Source: Gammaproteobacteria bacterium (GTDB taxonomy: Bacteria; Pseudomonadota; Gammaproteobacteria; Pseudomonadales; Halieaceae). Taken from it: DNA of 64,000 bases. Every line of letters begins with the position of its first letter. The first letter of the stretch is position 1. A program made the translations under genes and the position numbers. Location: NCBI GenBank assembly GCA_024644535.1, contig JAHEKX010000004.1, positions 41,259 through 105,258 on the forward strand, given 5' to 3'. The notes under the pieces are model-generated. The model did no database searches and had not been told where the DNA came from. It saw only the letters and a program-made list of their open reading frames with translations. This document shows positions 44,530 through 55,915 of the stretch, one piece after another.

Positions 44530-45072
44530 GTGTCAAAGCCTCAGGCGCGAAGATCCAATCAAATCTCTAAACCGGCGGGCAAGCCAGCGTGGGCGGTGTT
44601 CTTCTACGGCTTAGTCGCTGGCAGCATATTAACGCTCATTGCTCAGAATATAGACTACAGTGCCCTGCTACAATCGCAAGAACAAGAGGGCACCAACAGC
44701 ACCAAACAACAGCAAAAGCCGAGCCCAAAATTTGAGTTTTATACGGTGCTGCCTGAACAAAACTTGAGCAAGCCTGCAACCAAATCAGACAGCTCTAGAC
44801 AAGCGCCCAACCCCACTTCCACTGAGACGCACACCAATTATTTTATTGTGCAGGCTGGCTCGTTCCGAAACGAAGCCGATGCGGATCAACGCCGTGCGGA
44901 GCTGATTTTACTTGGACTTGACCCAAAAATTGATCAGGTCACCAACCAGGCAGGGAGCTGGCATCGAGTGTTTATCGGGCCACTGAGCGAACGGAGTGAC
45001 GCCGAGCGCATTAAAGCCTTAACCGCCAGTCAAAATATAGAAACCTTGATTTTGAGCCGAAAATCCAACTAG
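44530..45072 (+). CDS. SPOR-domain protein (FtsN/DedD-like, one N-terminal TM helix)
   Basis: ORF track 180 aa with a GTG start directly after the argS stop. Has a TM helix, a Q/S/P-rich linker and a C-terminal SPOR domain (FIVQAGSFRNEADADQRRAELILLG...WHRVFIGPL). Confidence 0.75.
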   Translation: MSKPQARRSNQISKPAGKPAWAVFFYGLVAGSILTLIAQNIDYSALLQSQEQEGTNSTKQQQKPSPKFEFYTVLPEQNLSKPATKSDSSRQAPNPTSTETHTNYFIVQAGSFRNEADADQRRAELILLGLDPKIDQVTNQAGSWHRVFIGPLSERSDAERIKALTASQNIETLILSRKSN

Positions 45073-45075
45073 ACC

Positions 45076-45103
45076 CTTGAATTTTAACGGTCCGACCACA
45101 CAT
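45076..45103 (+). promoter_or_regulatory. Candidate sigma-32 (heat-shock) promoter of hslVU
   Basis: CTTGAA (45076-45081), a 14-nt spacer, then CCACACAT (45096-45103), compared with the remembered consensus CTTGAA-N13-15-CCCCATnT. hslVU is a known sigma-32 target in E. coli. The -10 match is imperfect. Confidence 0.3.
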
Positions 45104-45121
45104 CCACATGAGAGGTGATCT

Positions 45122-45661
45122 ATGGAACAATTCAGAGGCACGACAATTGTTTGCGTGCGGCGCGATAATCAAGTGGTTATTGCCGGTGACGGTCAGGTAT
45201 CAATGGGCAATACCGTCATGAAGGGCAATGCTCGTAAGGTTCGTCGCCTGTATAAAGATCAAGTCATTGCGGGTTTTGCGGGTGGAACCGCAGATGCCTT
45301 CACCTTATTCGAACTTTTCGAAGCGCAACTGGATAAGCACCATGGACATTTAGTTCGCGCTGCCGTGGCCTTAGCCAAAGCTTGGCGAACAGAGCGCAGT
45401 CTAAGACAGTTAGAAGCCCTGCTCGCGGTTGCAGACAAAGAAACATCTTTGGTCATTAGCGGCAATGGCGATGTCATCGAACCCGAGAATAACCTAATCG
45501 CGATAGGCTCAGGCGGTCCCTTTGCCCAGTCCGCGGCGCGCGCCCTGCTTGATAACACCACGCTGAACGCCCAAGACGTCGCCACTAAGGCGCTTACAAT
45601 TGCCGGCGATATCTGCATCTACACCAACCATCACCACACAGTAGAAGTAATTAATTACTAG
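45122..45661 (+). CDS. hslV: ATP-dependent protease subunit HslV
   Basis: ORF track 179 aa. [37 protein letters not shown] is the conserved HslV core. A 6-residue N-terminal extension, MEQFRG, precedes the catalytic Thr. Confidence 0.95.
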   Translation: MEQFRGTTIVCVRRDNQVVIAGDGQVSMGNTVMKGNARKVRRLYKDQVIAGFAGGTADAFTLFELFEAQLDKHHGHLVRAAVALAKAWRTERSLRQLEALLAVADKETSLVISGNGDVIEPENNLIAIGSGGPFAQSAARALLDNTTLNAQDVATKALTIAGDICIYTNHHHTVEVINY

Positions 45662-45669
45662 GCTCATTT

Positions 45670-46989
45670 ATGTCTGACATGACTCCAAGAGAAATCGTTC
45701 ACGAACTCGATAGACACATCGTGGGCCAATCCGAAGCGAAACGAGCCGTGGCAATCGCACTGCGAAACCGCTGGCGCAGAATGCAACTTCCGGCCGAGCT
45801 GCGCGCCGAGGTCACACCAAAGAATATCTTGATGATAGGCCCAACGGGCGTCGGAAAAACCGAAATTGCACGCCGCCTAGCCAAACTCGCTAAAGCGCCC
45901 TTTCTAAAAGTAGAAGCTACCAAATTCACTGAGGTGGGATACGTAGGGCGTGACGTTGAATCGATCGTTCGCGATTTGGTTGAGACGTCGATCAAAATGC
46001 ATCGCGAGCAAGCCATCGAACAAGTACAGTTCCGTGCCGAGGAAGCTGCCGAGGAACGCATCCTAGACACTCTGCTTCCGCCAGCTCGCACAGAGGACAC
46101 ATCGAGTTCAGGAGCAGCGCGTCAAATGATGCGCAAAAAACTCCGGGAAGGCGATCTCGACGACAAAGAAATTGAAATCGACCTGCGTGAACGCGCGGCT
46201 GGTGTTGAAATTATGGCGCCTCCAGGCATGGAGGAAATGACGCAACAGCTTCAATCTATGTTCAGCTCGATGGGGCAAGGCAAGCAAAAAAAGCAAAAGC
46301 TCACTATTAAAGACGCCTTCAAAGCCCTAAGCGAAGAAGAAGCGCATAAGCTTGTCAACGAAGACGAGCTCAAGCAGAAAGCTGTTCATGCCGCCGAACA
46401 AAACGGCATTGTATTTATCGACGAGCTCGATAAAGTCGCAAAACGAGGTGACACCGGCGGAGCTGATGTTTCGCGCGAAGGGGTACAGCGCGATCTACTC
46501 CCGCTTATCGAGGGGAGCTCAGTTAGCACTAAATACGGCTTTGTTAAAACCGACCACATTCTCTTTATCGCTTCTGGCGCGTTCCACCTATCAAAACCCT
46601 CTGATTTAATCCCAGAATTACAGGGTCGACTACCCATTAGAGTCGAACTTTCGGCACTTACCCCCGAAGACTTTGAGCGGATTCTTACAGAACCCAAGGC
46701 CTCATTGACGGAACAGTACATAGCCTTGCTGGCGGCCGACGGATTATCCATAGAATTCACGCCTAACGGAGTGCGCCGTATTGCCGAGTCCGCCTTTCAG
46801 GTGAATGAACAAATCGAGAACATTGGCGCACGGCGCTTACACACGGTCATGGAGCGCTTGCTAGACGAAGCCTCTTTTAGTGCCTGTGACCACGCTCCGG
46901 GTGAATCTTTGGTTATTGATGCAGCCTATGTCGATCAGCACCTGAGCGCTTATCGCGACGATCAAGACCTTTCGAAGTTTATTTTGTAA
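45670..46989 (+). CDS. hslU: ATP-dependent protease ATPase subunit HslU
   Basis: ORF track 439 aa with Walker [16 protein letters not shown] and Walker [10 protein letters not shown]. Confidence 0.95.
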   Translation: MSDMTPREIVHELDRHIVGQSEAKRAVAIALRNRWRRMQLPAELRAEVTPKNILMIGPTGVGKTEIARRLAKLAKAPFLKVEATKFTEVGYVGRDVESIVRDLVETSIKMHREQAIEQVQFRAEEAAEERILDTLLPPARTEDTSSSGAARQMMRKKLREGDLDDKEIEIDLRERAAGVEIMAPPGMEEMTQQLQSMFSSMGQGKQKKQKLTIKDAFKALSEEEAHKLVNEDELKQKAVHAAEQNGIVFIDELDKVAKRGDTGGADVSREGVQRDLLPLIEGSSVSTKYGFVKTDHILFIASGAFHLSKPSDLIPELQGRLPIRVELSALTPEDFERILTEPKASLTEQYIALLAADGLSIEFTPNGVRRIAESAFQVNEQIENIGARRLHTVMERLLDEASFSACDHAPGESLVIDAAYVDQHLSAYRDDQDLSKFIL

Positions 46990-46992
46990 GCC

Positions 46993-47382
46993 ATGACCCA
47001 GACACCCTCACTGACCGACATAAAAGTCAAACGCAAATCAGGAATTGTGAGTCTAAACTTCGATTCCGGCGAACTCTTTGATTTGAGCTTTGAATTTTTG
47101 AGAGTTCATTCACCCTCAGCCGAAGTCAAAGGCCATGGGCCCGGGCAAGAAGTTTTGCAAACCGGCAAAAAGAACGTGCAAATTAAGGGGCTCTCTCCCA
47201 TTGGACATTACGCACTGCAAATAGAGTTCGACGACGGCCATGATTCTGGGCTGTATTCTTTTGCCTACTTGTATCAGCTTGCGACCCAGCAAGAAACATT
47301 ATGGTCACGCTATTTAGAGACCTTACAAGAAGCCGGAGCAAGTCGTGACCCTGATGTACAGGTAATTCGGTTAGGCAATTGA
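46993..47382 (+). CDS. DUF971-family protein (gamma-butyrobetaine hydroxylase-like N-terminal domain)
   Basis: ORF track 129 aa. FEFLRVHSPSAEV...GHYALQIEFDDGHDSGLYSFAYLY matches the DUF971 pattern. Confidence 0.8.
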   Translation: MTQTPSLTDIKVKRKSGIVSLNFDSGELFDLSFEFLRVHSPSAEVKGHGPGQEVLQTGKKNVQIKGLSPIGHYALQIEFDDGHDSGLYSFAYLYQLATQQETLWSRYLETLQEAGASRDPDVQVIRLGN

Positions 47383-47451
47383 CCGAGAAGACTGCACAAG
47401 TTGCCGCAACGCGCTAAACTAGGCGCCTATTGGAAATAACGAGGCAGCCGC

Positions 47452-48204
47452 ATGAGCGAGCAAGGCAAAACCCATTTTGGCTACCAAGAAGTAGACGTCG
47501 ACGATAAAGCAGGGCTTGTCGCCGGCGTTTTCCACTCGGTAGCAAGCCGCTATGACCTCATGAACGACCTGATGTCAGGTGGCATTCACCGCTTATGGAA
47601 ACGCTTTACGATAGAGTTAAGCGGTGTACGTAAGGGGCATTCGGTGCTAGATATCGCGGGAGGAACGGGTGATTTAGCCGGAAAGTTTGCTGACATTGTA
47701 GGCCCCGAAGGCTGCGTTGTTCTCGCCGACATTAACGAGTCTATGCTGAGTGTCGGTCGCGACAAGCTGCTAGATCAAGGTAAAGTCGAACCTTTAAGCT
47801 ACGCGCAGGCCGACGCCCAGTTCCTACCCTTTGCGGACAACAGCTTTGACTGCATCACGATCGCCTTTGGCCTACGCAACGTCACCGACAAAAATCTGGC
47901 TCTGCGCTCCATGCTTCGTGTCCTTAAGCCGGGCGGTCGATTGCTGGTGCTGGAGTTTTCGAAACCAACCAACGACATGCTCAGCAAGGCCTACGACGCG
48001 TATTCCTTTAATGTGCTGCCAAAATTAGGACAGCTAATTGCCGGCGACTCCGACAGCTATCAATACTTAGCCGAATCTATCCGCATGCACCCAGACCAAG
48101 AGACTCTGAAAGAGATGATGCTGGATGCTGGGTTCGAGCAGTGCGAGTTTTTTAATATGACTGGGGGCATCGTCGCCCTGCACCGAGGCCTAAAACCTTG
48201 GTAG
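47452..48204 (+). CDS. ubiE: Demethylmenaquinone/ubiquinone C-methyltransferase
   Basis: ORF track 250 aa. THFGYQEV N-terminus, SAM motif [11 protein letters not shown], and [15 protein letters not shown]. Confidence 0.95.
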   Translation: MSEQGKTHFGYQEVDVDDKAGLVAGVFHSVASRYDLMNDLMSGGIHRLWKRFTIELSGVRKGHSVLDIAGGTGDLAGKFADIVGPEGCVVLADINESMLSVGRDKLLDQGKVEPLSYAQADAQFLPFADNSFDCITIAFGLRNVTDKNLALRSMLRVLKPGGRLLVLEFSKPTNDMLSKAYDAYSFNVLPKLGQLIAGDSDSYQYLAESIRMHPDQETLKEMMLDAGFEQCEFFNMTGGIVALHRGLKPW

Positions 48205-48833
48205 ACAGACCAAAAGTGGACCCGACCCTGCACGTTGCTCTGCTAGGAGCTGCAGAGGAGGCCATTAATCGCGCCCTGCCTTATGCGCCGCAGACTCAAG
48301 CCGCTCTGGCCAAGCTTGAAGGGCAAAGTGTGCAAATTTTTGTGACCGAGCCTCAGTTTAGTGTGACCATTGTACTGGGCGGAATCCTGCAACTGCGATC
48401 TGTTTACGAAGACAAAGTCGGCGCCTCAATCGAGGGCACCTTGCGCGAATACCTCACCGCAGCGGCAGCCGACGACCCTGCCATTGCCTTGATAAATGGT
48501 AATTTACGTATTCGAGGCGACAGTCGGTTGATGCAAAAATTACAAAGTTTACTGAGCGAGCTCGACATCGACTGGGAGGCGCCCATAGCCGCGGTAGTTG
48601 GCGATGTCGCAGGGCATCAAATTGGGAAAACCCTTCGAAGTTTGTTCAACTGGGGCAAACAGAGCCGCTCATCCCTAGAAAGGCAGCTTAGCGAATTCAT
48701 CTTGGAAGAGGCCCGTTTTAGTCCCTCAAAACTTGAGCTGGAGGATTTTTACCGAGACATCCGTAAACTTCAACAAAGCATCGATCGTACCGAAGCCAAG
48801 CTCAAACGTCTAGCTCGCCAGAGGGCAGGCTAA
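48198..48833 (+). CDS. ubiJ: Ubiquinone biosynthesis accessory factor UbiJ (SCP2 domain)
   Basis: ORF track 211 aa. Position between ubiE and ubiB, and an SCP2-like N-terminal half. The start is uncertain: TTG 48198 overlaps the ubiE stop, and GTG 48216 is an alternative. Confidence 0.75.
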   Translation: MVDRPKVDPTLHVALLGAAEEAINRALPYAPQTQAALAKLEGQSVQIFVTEPQFSVTIVLGGILQLRSVYEDKVGASIEGTLREYLTAAAADDPAIALINGNLRIRGDSRLMQKLQSLLSELDIDWEAPIAAVVGDVAGHQIGKTLRSLFNWGKQSRSSLERQLSEFILEEARFSPSKLELEDFYRDIRKLQQSIDRTEAKLKRLARQRAG

Positions 48834-50422
48834 TGCCTTCACTCAAACGCCTTTTTCAGATACGCAGCACCGCAATTAAATACGGTCTTGCGGAGTTCTT
48901 ACCTGTACATTCCCTGCCTAGAACAGGTCGCTTTCTCACACGGCCACTAATAGGTGCGCAAAACCACAAGCTCACCCAGCCACGCGCAGAGCGATTGCGT
49001 TTAGCCTTAGAGTCATTGGGGCCCGTATTTATTAAGTTTGGACAAGCACTTTCGACTCGACGCGACCTATTGCCTTTGGACATCGCCGACGAACTCGCCA
49101 AGCTTCAGGACCAGGTTCCGCCATTCTCCACCGAACTTGCGCGCGAGATAATCGAGACAGAGCTGGGAGATTCGGTAAGCAACCTATTTTTAGAGTTCCA
49201 AGCCGAACCCTTAGCCTCGGCATCAGTCGCGCAGGTACACAAAGCAAAGTTGCTCAGTGGTGAATCTGTCGTCATAAAAGTCATCCGGCCAGACATAGAA
49301 GCAACCATCGTCGAAGATACGCGCTGGATGGCTTGGCTAGCTCAATGGATCACCCGTTTACATCCCGCTGGACACCGCCTCAAGGCCCAAGAAGTCGTAG
49401 CCGACTACACGTCGACGATTCTAGATGAGCTTAATCTCGCGCGCGAGGCCGCCAATGCAAGCCAATTGCGACGCAATTTTGAAAACAGCGACCAGCTTTA
49501 CGTACCCCAAGTCTATTGGGACTTTACGACCTCTCGCGTGTACACCATGGAAGAGGTATCTGGCATTCCGGTGAATAACCGCGATCAACTGGAAGCGCTA
49601 AATGTTAACCTCAAGTGCTTGGCCGAGCGCGGAGTCGAAATCTTTTTTACCCAGGTGCTGCGCGACAGTTTTTTTCATGCTGATATGCATCCTGGTAATA
49701 TCTTAATTAATGCCAGCAATCCTAATACACCCAGCTATATCGCCCTAGATTGCGCGATTATTGGCAGCCTGAGCGCCGACGATCAGTACTACTTAGCGCG
49801 CAACTTACTCAGCATTTTCAAACGCGACTATCGTACCGTGGCCGAACTCCACCTGGAATGTGGCTGGGTGCCTGCCAACACGCGAATTCAAGATTTTGAG
49901 AGCGCCATTCGCACCGTTTGTGAACCTGTATTTGAAAAGCCCATCGCCGAGCTGTCGTTTGGGCAACTGCTACTTAACTTGTTTCAAACCGCCAGCCGCT
50001 TTGACATGCCCATTCAGCCTTCGCTAGTATTACTTCAGAAAACCCTACTGAACATCGAAGGCTTGGGGCGCGAGCTGTATCCGCAACTCAACTTATGGGA
50101 TACCGCCCAACCCTTCCTGGAAACCTGGATGCAGGAGCGCTACTCGGCAAGTAATACCCTACAGCGCCTGAAAGACGAGGCACCTGGAATATTCGAGCAA
50201 TTACCCAAGCTGCCCAACCAGCTTATTGAAAAACTGCTGCAGACAGCCTCACAAGAGCCTGTCGAAACGCCGCGATATCAGCCGCAGTCACCCTGGTGGG
50301 TTTTATCAAGCTGGTTGTTGGGTGGGCTAACTGTAGGAATGGCCCTATCTGGCATGACAGCCACAGCCGCTGGGCTAAGCGGCGCTTTTTTGTTACTGAC
50401 ACTGTCGAGACTTACTAAATAA
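48833..50422 (+). CDS. ubiB: Ubiquinone biosynthesis regulatory protein kinase UbiB
   Basis: ORF track 529 aa. ABC1/UbiB kinase-like domain ([34 protein letters not shown]) and C-terminal TM helices. Confidence 0.95.
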   Translation: MPSLKRLFQIRSTAIKYGLAEFLPVHSLPRTGRFLTRPLIGAQNHKLTQPRAERLRLALESLGPVFIKFGQALSTRRDLLPLDIADELAKLQDQVPPFSTELAREIIETELGDSVSNLFLEFQAEPLASASVAQVHKAKLLSGESVVIKVIRPDIEATIVEDTRWMAWLAQWITRLHPAGHRLKAQEVVADYTSTILDELNLAREAANASQLRRNFENSDQLYVPQVYWDFTTSRVYTMEEVSGIPVNNRDQLEALNVNLKCLAERGVEIFFTQVLRDSFFHADMHPGNILINASNPNTPSYIALDCAIIGSLSADDQYYLARNLLSIFKRDYRTVAELHLECGWVPANTRIQDFESAIRTVCEPVFEKPIAELSFGQLLLNLFQTASRFDMPIQPSLVLLQKTLLNIEGLGRELYPQLNLWDTAQPFLETWMQERYSASNTLQRLKDEAPGIFEQLPKLPNQLIEKLLQTASQEPVETPRYQPQSPWWVLSSWLLGGLTVGMALSGMTATAAGLSGAFLLLTLSRLTK

Positions 50423-50423
50423 C

Positions 50424-50828
50424 ATGACATCACCACTACTTTCAGCCATAAAATTTAACGAGCAGGGTCTACTACCGGCGATCGCCCAAGATGCAGATTC
50501 GGGCGACGTCTTAATGATGGCTTGGATGAACCGAGAAGCTGTGTTGGCAACGGTAAAGGAACAGCGCGCCGTATATTTCAGCCGCTCGCGCGGCCAACTC
50601 TGGCGCAAGGGCGAAAGCTCAGGCAACGTGCAGCAATTAGTAGATATTCGTCTAGATTGTGACGGCGACACCCTGCTGTTGAAAGTGCGGCAAATAGGCG
50701 GCATTGCCTGTCACACAGGGCGTGCCAATTGCTTTTATCGCGCACTCAAGAACAATGAATGGTATGATTCAGAGCCTGTCCTGAAGGATCCCGAGAGCTT
50801 GTACGGCAGCTCCCAGAAAAGCGAGTAA
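50424..50828 (+). CDS. hisI: Phosphoribosyl-AMP cyclohydrolase
   Basis: ORF track 134 aa, with GLLPAIAQD...MMAWMNREA...[16 protein letters not shown]...CDGDTLLL. Confidence 0.95.
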   Translation: MTSPLLSAIKFNEQGLLPAIAQDADSGDVLMMAWMNREAVLATVKEQRAVYFSRSRGQLWRKGESSGNVQQLVDIRLDCDGDTLLLKVRQIGGIACHTGRANCFYRALKNNEWYDSEPVLKDPESLYGSSQKSE

Positions 50829-50833
50829 ACGCG

Positions 50834-51169
50834 ATGTCCGAACTACTGCAAGCACTAGCCGAGACTATAGAGCAACGTAAAGCTGCTACTGCCGATTCGT
50901 CCTACGTGGCGTCGCTTTACGCGAAAGGATTGAATAAAATTCTAGAGAAGGTGGGCGAAGAAGCAACCGAGGTGATTTTAGCGGCAAAAGATGCTGAGAC
51001 GACTGGAGCCACCGAAGCACTGACGCAAGAAATGGCGGACCTTTGGTTTCACTGCTTAATCTGCCTCGCGCACTTAAATTTATCGCCGGATGACGTGCTT
51101 AACGTTCTAGCAGAGCGTCAAGGCTTGTCCGGCCTGGTCGAAAAAGCGTCCAGAACATCAACAATGTAA
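50834..51169 (+). CDS. hisE: Phosphoribosyl-ATP pyrophosphatase
   Basis: ORF track 111 aa, with [31 protein letters not shown]...EMADLWFH. Confidence 0.95.
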   Translation: MSELLQALAETIEQRKAATADSSYVASLYAKGLNKILEKVGEEATEVILAAKDAETTGATEALTQEMADLWFHCLICLAHLNLSPDDVLNVLAERQGLSGLVEKASRTSTM

Positions 51170-51179
51170 GGAGATTACC

Positions 51180-51395
51180 ATGGGCCTAGGTGGAATTAGT
51201 GTACCGCAGCTGCTGATTATTCTAGCAATTGTGATCATGCTGTTTGGCACAAAGCGTTTACGCACGCTCGGCAGTGACTTAGGCACCGCTGTAAAGGGTT
51301 TTCGTAAAAGCGTAAGCGCCGATGAGGATGTAAACGTCCAGAACAAAGAAGCCGAAGAAGATCAAACTAAGCCCTCGAACACTGACGCTAAGTAA
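51180..51395 (+). CDS. tatA: Sec-independent translocase protein TatA
   Basis: ORF track 71 aa, with [34 protein letters not shown]. Confidence 0.9.
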   Translation: MGLGGISVPQLLIILAIVIMLFGTKRLRTLGSDLGTAVKGFRKSVSADEDVNVQNKEAEEDQTKPSNTDAK

Positions 51396-51403
51396 GGTCC
51401 TCT

Positions 51404-51727
51404 GTGTTCGACATAGGATTTGCAGAATTACTGCTGATTGCGGTCGTGGCATTGCTGGTCATTGGTCCCGAACGCCTGCCTGGCGCCATAAAAACAGCTT
51501 CGGTGTGGCTTGGTCGTCTGAAACGTAGCTACAATGACATCAAGCGCGAGGTTGAACTCGAGTTACACAACAACGAAGTCATGGAGAACCTAAAGCGCGC
51601 CCAGTCAGAGATACACGATGCGATTGACACAGAGGTCAACGTGAGCGCGCAAAGCGACCCAAAAAGGCCGCAACAACTTAGCGAACCAAACCAGACCGCG
51701 CAGCGCAATACCCAGGCAGAGCCCTAA
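51404..51727 (+). CDS. tatB: Sec-independent translocase protein TatB
   Basis: ORF track 107 aa with a GTG start: [26 protein letters not shown]. Confidence 0.85.
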   Translation: MFDIGFAELLLIAVVALLVIGPERLPGAIKTASVWLGRLKRSYNDIKREVELELHNNEVMENLKRAQSEIHDAIDTEVNVSAQSDPKRPQQLSEPNQTAQRNTQAEP

Positions 51728-51730
51728 TAC

Positions 51731-52489
51731 ATGAGCGAATCGTCTGACCAGGCCCAGCCTTTGGTGGCTCACTTAACTGAACTGCGAGACCGCCTGCTCA
51801 AAGCTCTGCTAAGCGTACTGGTCGTATTTTTATGTTTGTTCCCTTTCGCGAACGAGATTTACACCTTTGTATCAGAGCCCTTAAGAGCTATTTTGCCCGA
51901 GGGTTCAAGCATGATCGCGACCGAGGTGGCTTCACCCTTTTTAACGCCCTTCAAACTGACCTTATTTGCAGCACTTTTTGTTGCTATACCCTATGTGCTG
52001 TTTCAAATTTGGAGTTTTATTGCACCAGGCATGTACCGCCAAGAAAAACGCTTAGCAATACCGCTGTTAGTTTCGAGCGTATTGTTATTTTACGCTGGCG
52101 CGGCCTTTGCTTACTTCGTGGTCTTTCCCCTGATATTCGCGTTCTTTACCAGCGTGGGGCCGACCGATGTCACTATTATGACGGACATCAACCGCTACCT
52201 CGATTTCGTCTTAAAACTTTTCTTTGCGTTCGGACTGGCCTTTGAAATACCCATCGTGGCGGTGCTCTTGATCTGGGCCGGCGTTAGCACCACCGAATCA
52301 CTTAAGCAAAAACGGCCGTTCATCATCTTATTTTGCTTTGTCTTTGGCATGTTATTGACCCCCCCCGACGTCATCTCTCAGGCACTGCTAGCTATTCCTA
52401 TGTGGATATTATTCGAGGTAGGTGTATTTTTTGGCGGCTTCATCGAACGCCGATCAAATCCTGACAGCGATACCACGAGCAATGAGTAG
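51731..52489 (+). CDS. tatC: Sec-independent translocase protein TatC
   Basis: ORF track 252 aa, six TM segments, N-terminal HLTELRDRL motif. Confidence 0.95.
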   Translation: MSESSDQAQPLVAHLTELRDRLLKALLSVLVVFLCLFPFANEIYTFVSEPLRAILPEGSSMIATEVASPFLTPFKLTLFAALFVAIPYVLFQIWSFIAPGMYRQEKRLAIPLLVSSVLLFYAGAAFAYFVVFPLIFAFFTSVGPTDVTIMTDINRYLDFVLKLFFAFGLAFEIPIVAVLLIWAGVSTTESLKQKRPFIILFCFVFGMLLTPPDVISQALLAIPMWILFEVGVFFGGFIERRSNPDSDTTSNE

Positions 52490-54266
52490 ACCTTCTAGGC
52501 AATCGGGACTTGGGGTGCTACTCCCCATCCTCCGCCTACTACGCCCTTACAAAGCCCGAGCGTCTCTTGCGGCCATCGCTTTGTGTTTTACCGCCACCGC
52601 AACGTTAGGCTTGGGCTATGGTGTACAAACGTTAATCGATGTCGGCTTTGCCTCGGAATCTATCGCTGGCTTACAGCAAGCTATGGTGACCTTGCTGATC
52701 ATTGCGGGCGCCATTGCAGTTGGAACATTTACCCGATTTTACTTTGTGTCGTGGCTGGGCGAGCGAATCTCTGCCGATTTGCGCGCCGCAGTCTTCAATA
52801 ATCTCGTACACCTGCACCCTAGCTTTTTCGAAGAAAATCGGCCTGGCGAAATTATGTCTCGACTGACCACCGACACCACGCTGCTGCAAACCATCATAGG
52901 TTCATCGCTAAGTATGGCCTTGCGCAGCATGCTAACCCTAAGTGGGGCCGTGGTCATGATGTTTGCCACCAACTGGAAACTAAGTCTATTCATCGTAGTC
53001 GGCGTGCCCGCCGTTTTGGTACCCATTCTGTTTTTTGGCCGAAAAATCCGAAAATTATCCAGCGCCAGCCAAGATTCTATGGCACAAGTCGGCACCTACG
53101 CCGGAGAGGTCATCCATCAACTCAAAACGGTGCAATCCTTTAACCGTCAAGAATTCGAGCAGGGCATGTTTAAAGGCGAGGTCGAGAGCGCCTTCAGCGT
53201 CGCCAAACAACGTATTCGCAATCGCGCTTTGTTAATCGGTATCGCGATCTTCGTCGTTTTCACCAGTATGATCGGCATGCTGTACTCGGGCGGGAGCGAT
53301 GTTATCAATGGGGTGATGACCGCCGGAGAGCTGGGTGCATTTATCTTTTACGCAGTCATGCTGGGCTCTGGCTTTGCTACAGTGTCAGAAGTTTGGGGCG
53401 AAGTACAACGGGCGGCCGGCGCCGCTGAGCGCTTGATCGAACTGATGAGTGCCAAATCGGAACTTCCCGAGCCCACTCAGGCTAAAGAACTGATTCGACA
53501 AGAAGCATCGATTGAGTTTAAAGGGGTGTACTTTGCCTATCCATCGCGCCCCAAACAGTGGGCCTTGGCAGATTTCAATCTCAAGATCAATGCTGGAGAA
53601 TCGGTCGCCCTGGTGGGGCCTTCCGGTGCCGGCAAGTCCACTATTTTCGAGTTGATCCAGCGATTTTACGACCCGCAACAGGGCGAGATTCAGTTTGGTA
53701 ACACCGCAGTGCAAACCACGAGTTTACTGGAGCTACGCGCCCAAATCGCCGTAGTCCCGCAACAGCCGGTGCTATTCAGTACGACAGTGCGCAATAATAT
53801 TGCCTACGGTCGTCCAGATTGCACCCCAGAGCAAATAGAAGAGGCCGCTGTAGCCGCTCATGCGCACAAATTTATACTGGAATTGCCCGACCAGTACGGC
53901 GCTTACCTGGGTGAGCAGGGCGTGCGTTTATCGGGTGGCCAAAAGCAGCGCGTTGCAATTGCTCGTGCTATTTTAAAAGACCCTAGAATATTGTTACTTG
54001 ACGAGGCAACCAGCGCGCTGGATACCGAATCTGAGCATCACATTCAAACGGCCTTAGCCGAACTAATGCAAAACCGCACTACGGTTATCATTGCCCACAG
54101 ACTCTCAACCATCTTGCACGTTGATAGAATTGTCGTTGTAGATCAGGGAAAAATCGTTGCACAAGGCAGACACCACGAGCTGTTACATACCAGCCCCTTG
54201 TACAAACGCCTAGCAGAATTGCAGTTTAACGAGCGGGCTCACGCCCGCTCAGCAGATAGAACTTAG
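52482..54266 (+). CDS. ABC exporter, fused permease/ATPase (type I exporter, MsbA/ABCB-like); substrate unknown
   Basis: ORF track 614 aa, trimmed to ATG 52482, which overlaps the tatC stop by 8 nt. Six-TM N-terminal domain, Walker A GPSGAGKST, signature LSGGQKQRVAIARA, Walker B LLLDEATSALD. Confidence 0.85.
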   Translation: MSRPSRQSGLGVLLPILRLLRPYKARASLAAIALCFTATATLGLGYGVQTLIDVGFASESIAGLQQAMVTLLIIAGAIAVGTFTRFYFVSWLGERISADLRAAVFNNLVHLHPSFFEENRPGEIMSRLTTDTTLLQTIIGSSLSMALRSMLTLSGAVVMMFATNWKLSLFIVVGVPAVLVPILFFGRKIRKLSSASQDSMAQVGTYAGEVIHQLKTVQSFNRQEFEQGMFKGEVESAFSVAKQRIRNRALLIGIAIFVVFTSMIGMLYSGGSDVINGVMTAGELGAFIFYAVMLGSGFATVSEVWGEVQRAAGAAERLIELMSAKSELPEPTQAKELIRQEASIEFKGVYFAYPSRPKQWALADFNLKINAGESVALVGPSGAGKSTIFELIQRFYDPQQGEIQFGNTAVQTTSLLELRAQIAVVPQQPVLFSTTVRNNIAYGRPDCTPEQIEEAAVAAHAHKFILELPDQYGAYLGEQGVRLSGGQKQRVAIARAILKDPRILLLDEATSALDTESEHHIQTALAELMQNRTTVIIAHRLSTILHVDRIVVVDQGKIVAQGRHHELLHTSPLYKRLAELQFNERAHARSADRT

Positions 54267-55627
54267 CTGAACTCTCGAATCAATCCACCGATTGACTCTT
54301 TCGCATCACCAAATAGCATGCGAGTGTTCTCTTTATAGAACAATGGGTTCTCGATACCCGCGAACCCTGACGCCATAGAGCGTTTCAACACAAATACCGT
54401 TTTTGCAGTATCAACGTTGATAACTGGCATGCCATAAATGGGCGAAGACTCGACCTCTCGCGCCGCAGGATTAACTACATCGTTAGCGCCAATAACAATG
54501 GCGACATCTACAGTCTCCATGCGAGGGTTGATCTCGTCCATTTCCAGCAGCTGATCGTAGGGAACGTCTGCCTCGGCCAAAAGCACGTTCATGTGTCCGG
54601 GCATACGCCCAGCCACCGGGTGAATACCGAAATTCACTTCTGCGCCGTTTTGCTCGAGTAGCTCACATAACTCCTTGACCACGTGCTGCGCTTGCGCAAC
54701 CGCCATCCCGTAGCCCGGAATAATGGCGACGTTGGTTGCAGCCTCGAGTACATAGTACGCATCTTCCACAGAGATAGGCTTGATTTCACCTTCAACTACG
54801 GTGGCCTCGGTAACGCCCGAGCCAAAGCCGCTAAACAAAACGTTGCCTAGCGAGCGGTTCATCGACTTACACATAATCTGAGTTAGGATAATGCCGGACG
54901 CACCGACCAGCGAACCCGCCACAATCAATATGTTGTTATTAATGGCAAAACCAGCCGCACACGCAGCCAAACCCGAGTATGAATTCAGCAACGAAATCAC
55001 AACCGGCATATCGGCACCGCCGATAGGAATCACCGCCATAATGCCAAACAATAATGACAGACCAATTACAGCGTATAGCCAGGTCATGTTGGTGGGATCC
55101 ATCGACAACATCGCTGCAGAGCCAATAATTCCCAGAACAATCAAGGAATTCACCACCTGCTGGCCACGAAACTGAATTGCGCCACTGCCCAAAGTTTCGC
55201 TAAGTTTGCCATAGGCAATGAGTGAGCCGGTAAACGTCACGCCGCCAATCAATACAGACAACACAATCGTGATGACGGTAAAGGTTGTTGCATCACCATT
55301 TAACGCAGCCCAGCCCACCAACAAACTGGCAAGACCACCAAAACCATTAAATAGCGCCACCATCTCGGGCATAGAGGTCATTTGCACCAGACGCGCTGCC
55401 GCAGCGCCGATTAGGCCACCGACCAAAATACCGATAATAATCCATTGATAGCTGACAATGCCCTGATCAATTAAGGCGGCTACTATGGCAACAAGCATAC
55501 CTGCAGCAGAAAAGGTGTTTCCTTTACGAGCGGTCGCCGCCGAACCAAGTAACTTAAGGCCCATGATAAACAAGGCTGCCGCGGCAACATAAGCCAGCTG
55601 AATAATCAAACCATTCATGGAACTCAT
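54263..55627 (-). CDS. pntB: NAD(P) transhydrogenase beta subunit
   Basis: ORF track 454 aa with a multi-TM N-terminal half and a C-terminal NADP(H)-binding domain (GYGMAVAQAQH, GANDVVNPAA). Confidence 0.95.
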   Translation of the reverse strand: MSSMNGLIIQLAYVAAAALFIMGLKLLGSAATARKGNTFSAAGMLVAIVAALIDQGIVSYQWIIIGILVGGLIGAAAARLVQMTSMPEMVALFNGFGGLASLLVGWAALNGDATTFTVITIVLSVLIGGVTFTGSLIAYGKLSETLGSGAIQFRGQQVVNSLIVLGIIGSAAMLSMDPTNMTWLYAVIGLSLLFGIMAVIPIGGADMPVVISLLNSYSGLAACAAGFAINNNILIVAGSLVGASGIILTQIMCKSMNRSLGNVLFSGFGSGVTEATVVEGEIKPISVEDAYYVLEAATNVAIIPGYGMAVAQAQHVVKELCELLEQNGAEVNFGIHPVAGRMPGHMNVLLAEADVPYDQLLEMDEINPRMETVDVAIVIGANDVVNPAAREVESSPIYGMPVINVDTAKTVFVLKRSMASGFAGIENPLFYKENTRMLFGDAKESIGGLIREFS

Positions 55628-55914
55628 TTGCGGGCCCCCTCTTTCTTCTTAAACATCGCCAACATGCGGTCGGTAACCAAGTACCCACCCACCACGTTAA
55701 TCGAGGCAAGCGCAACCGCGCCGGCGCCCAACCACTGAGCCAAATCTTGATCACCAGTGCCCGCCAGAGCGATAGCGCCTACCACAGTAATACCAGAAAT
55801 TGCATTAGCGCCAGACATCAATGGGGTGTGCAAGGTAGCCGGCACCTTATTAATTAGCTCAAAACCCAAAAAGACCGAGAGCATTAAAATGAAGGTCAAA
55901 AATACAATCGTCAT
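55624..55914 (-). CDS. pntAB: NAD(P) transhydrogenase alpha subunit, part 2 (membrane domain)
   Basis: ORF track 96 aa, three TM helices. It lies between pntAA and pntB and overlaps the pntB start by 4 nt. Confidence 0.9.
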   Translation of the reverse strand: MTIVFLTFILMLSVFLGFELINKVPATLHTPLMSGANAISGITVVGAIALAGTGDQDLAQWLGAGAVALASINVVGGYLVTDRMLAMFKKKEGARK

Positions 55915-55915
55915 G

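Noticed and set aside
45122-45142. HslV has six residues (MEQFRG) before the catalytic Thr-Thr, unlike the MTTIV start of E. coli and Pseudomonas HslV. This could be an unusual propeptide.
   Set aside because: No alternative start codon lies directly before the Thr codon. As I recall, short N-terminal extensions before GTTI/ATTI also occur in HslV/CodW of other lineages (alphaproteobacteria, Xanthomonas, Bacillus). It is probably ordinary lineage variation.
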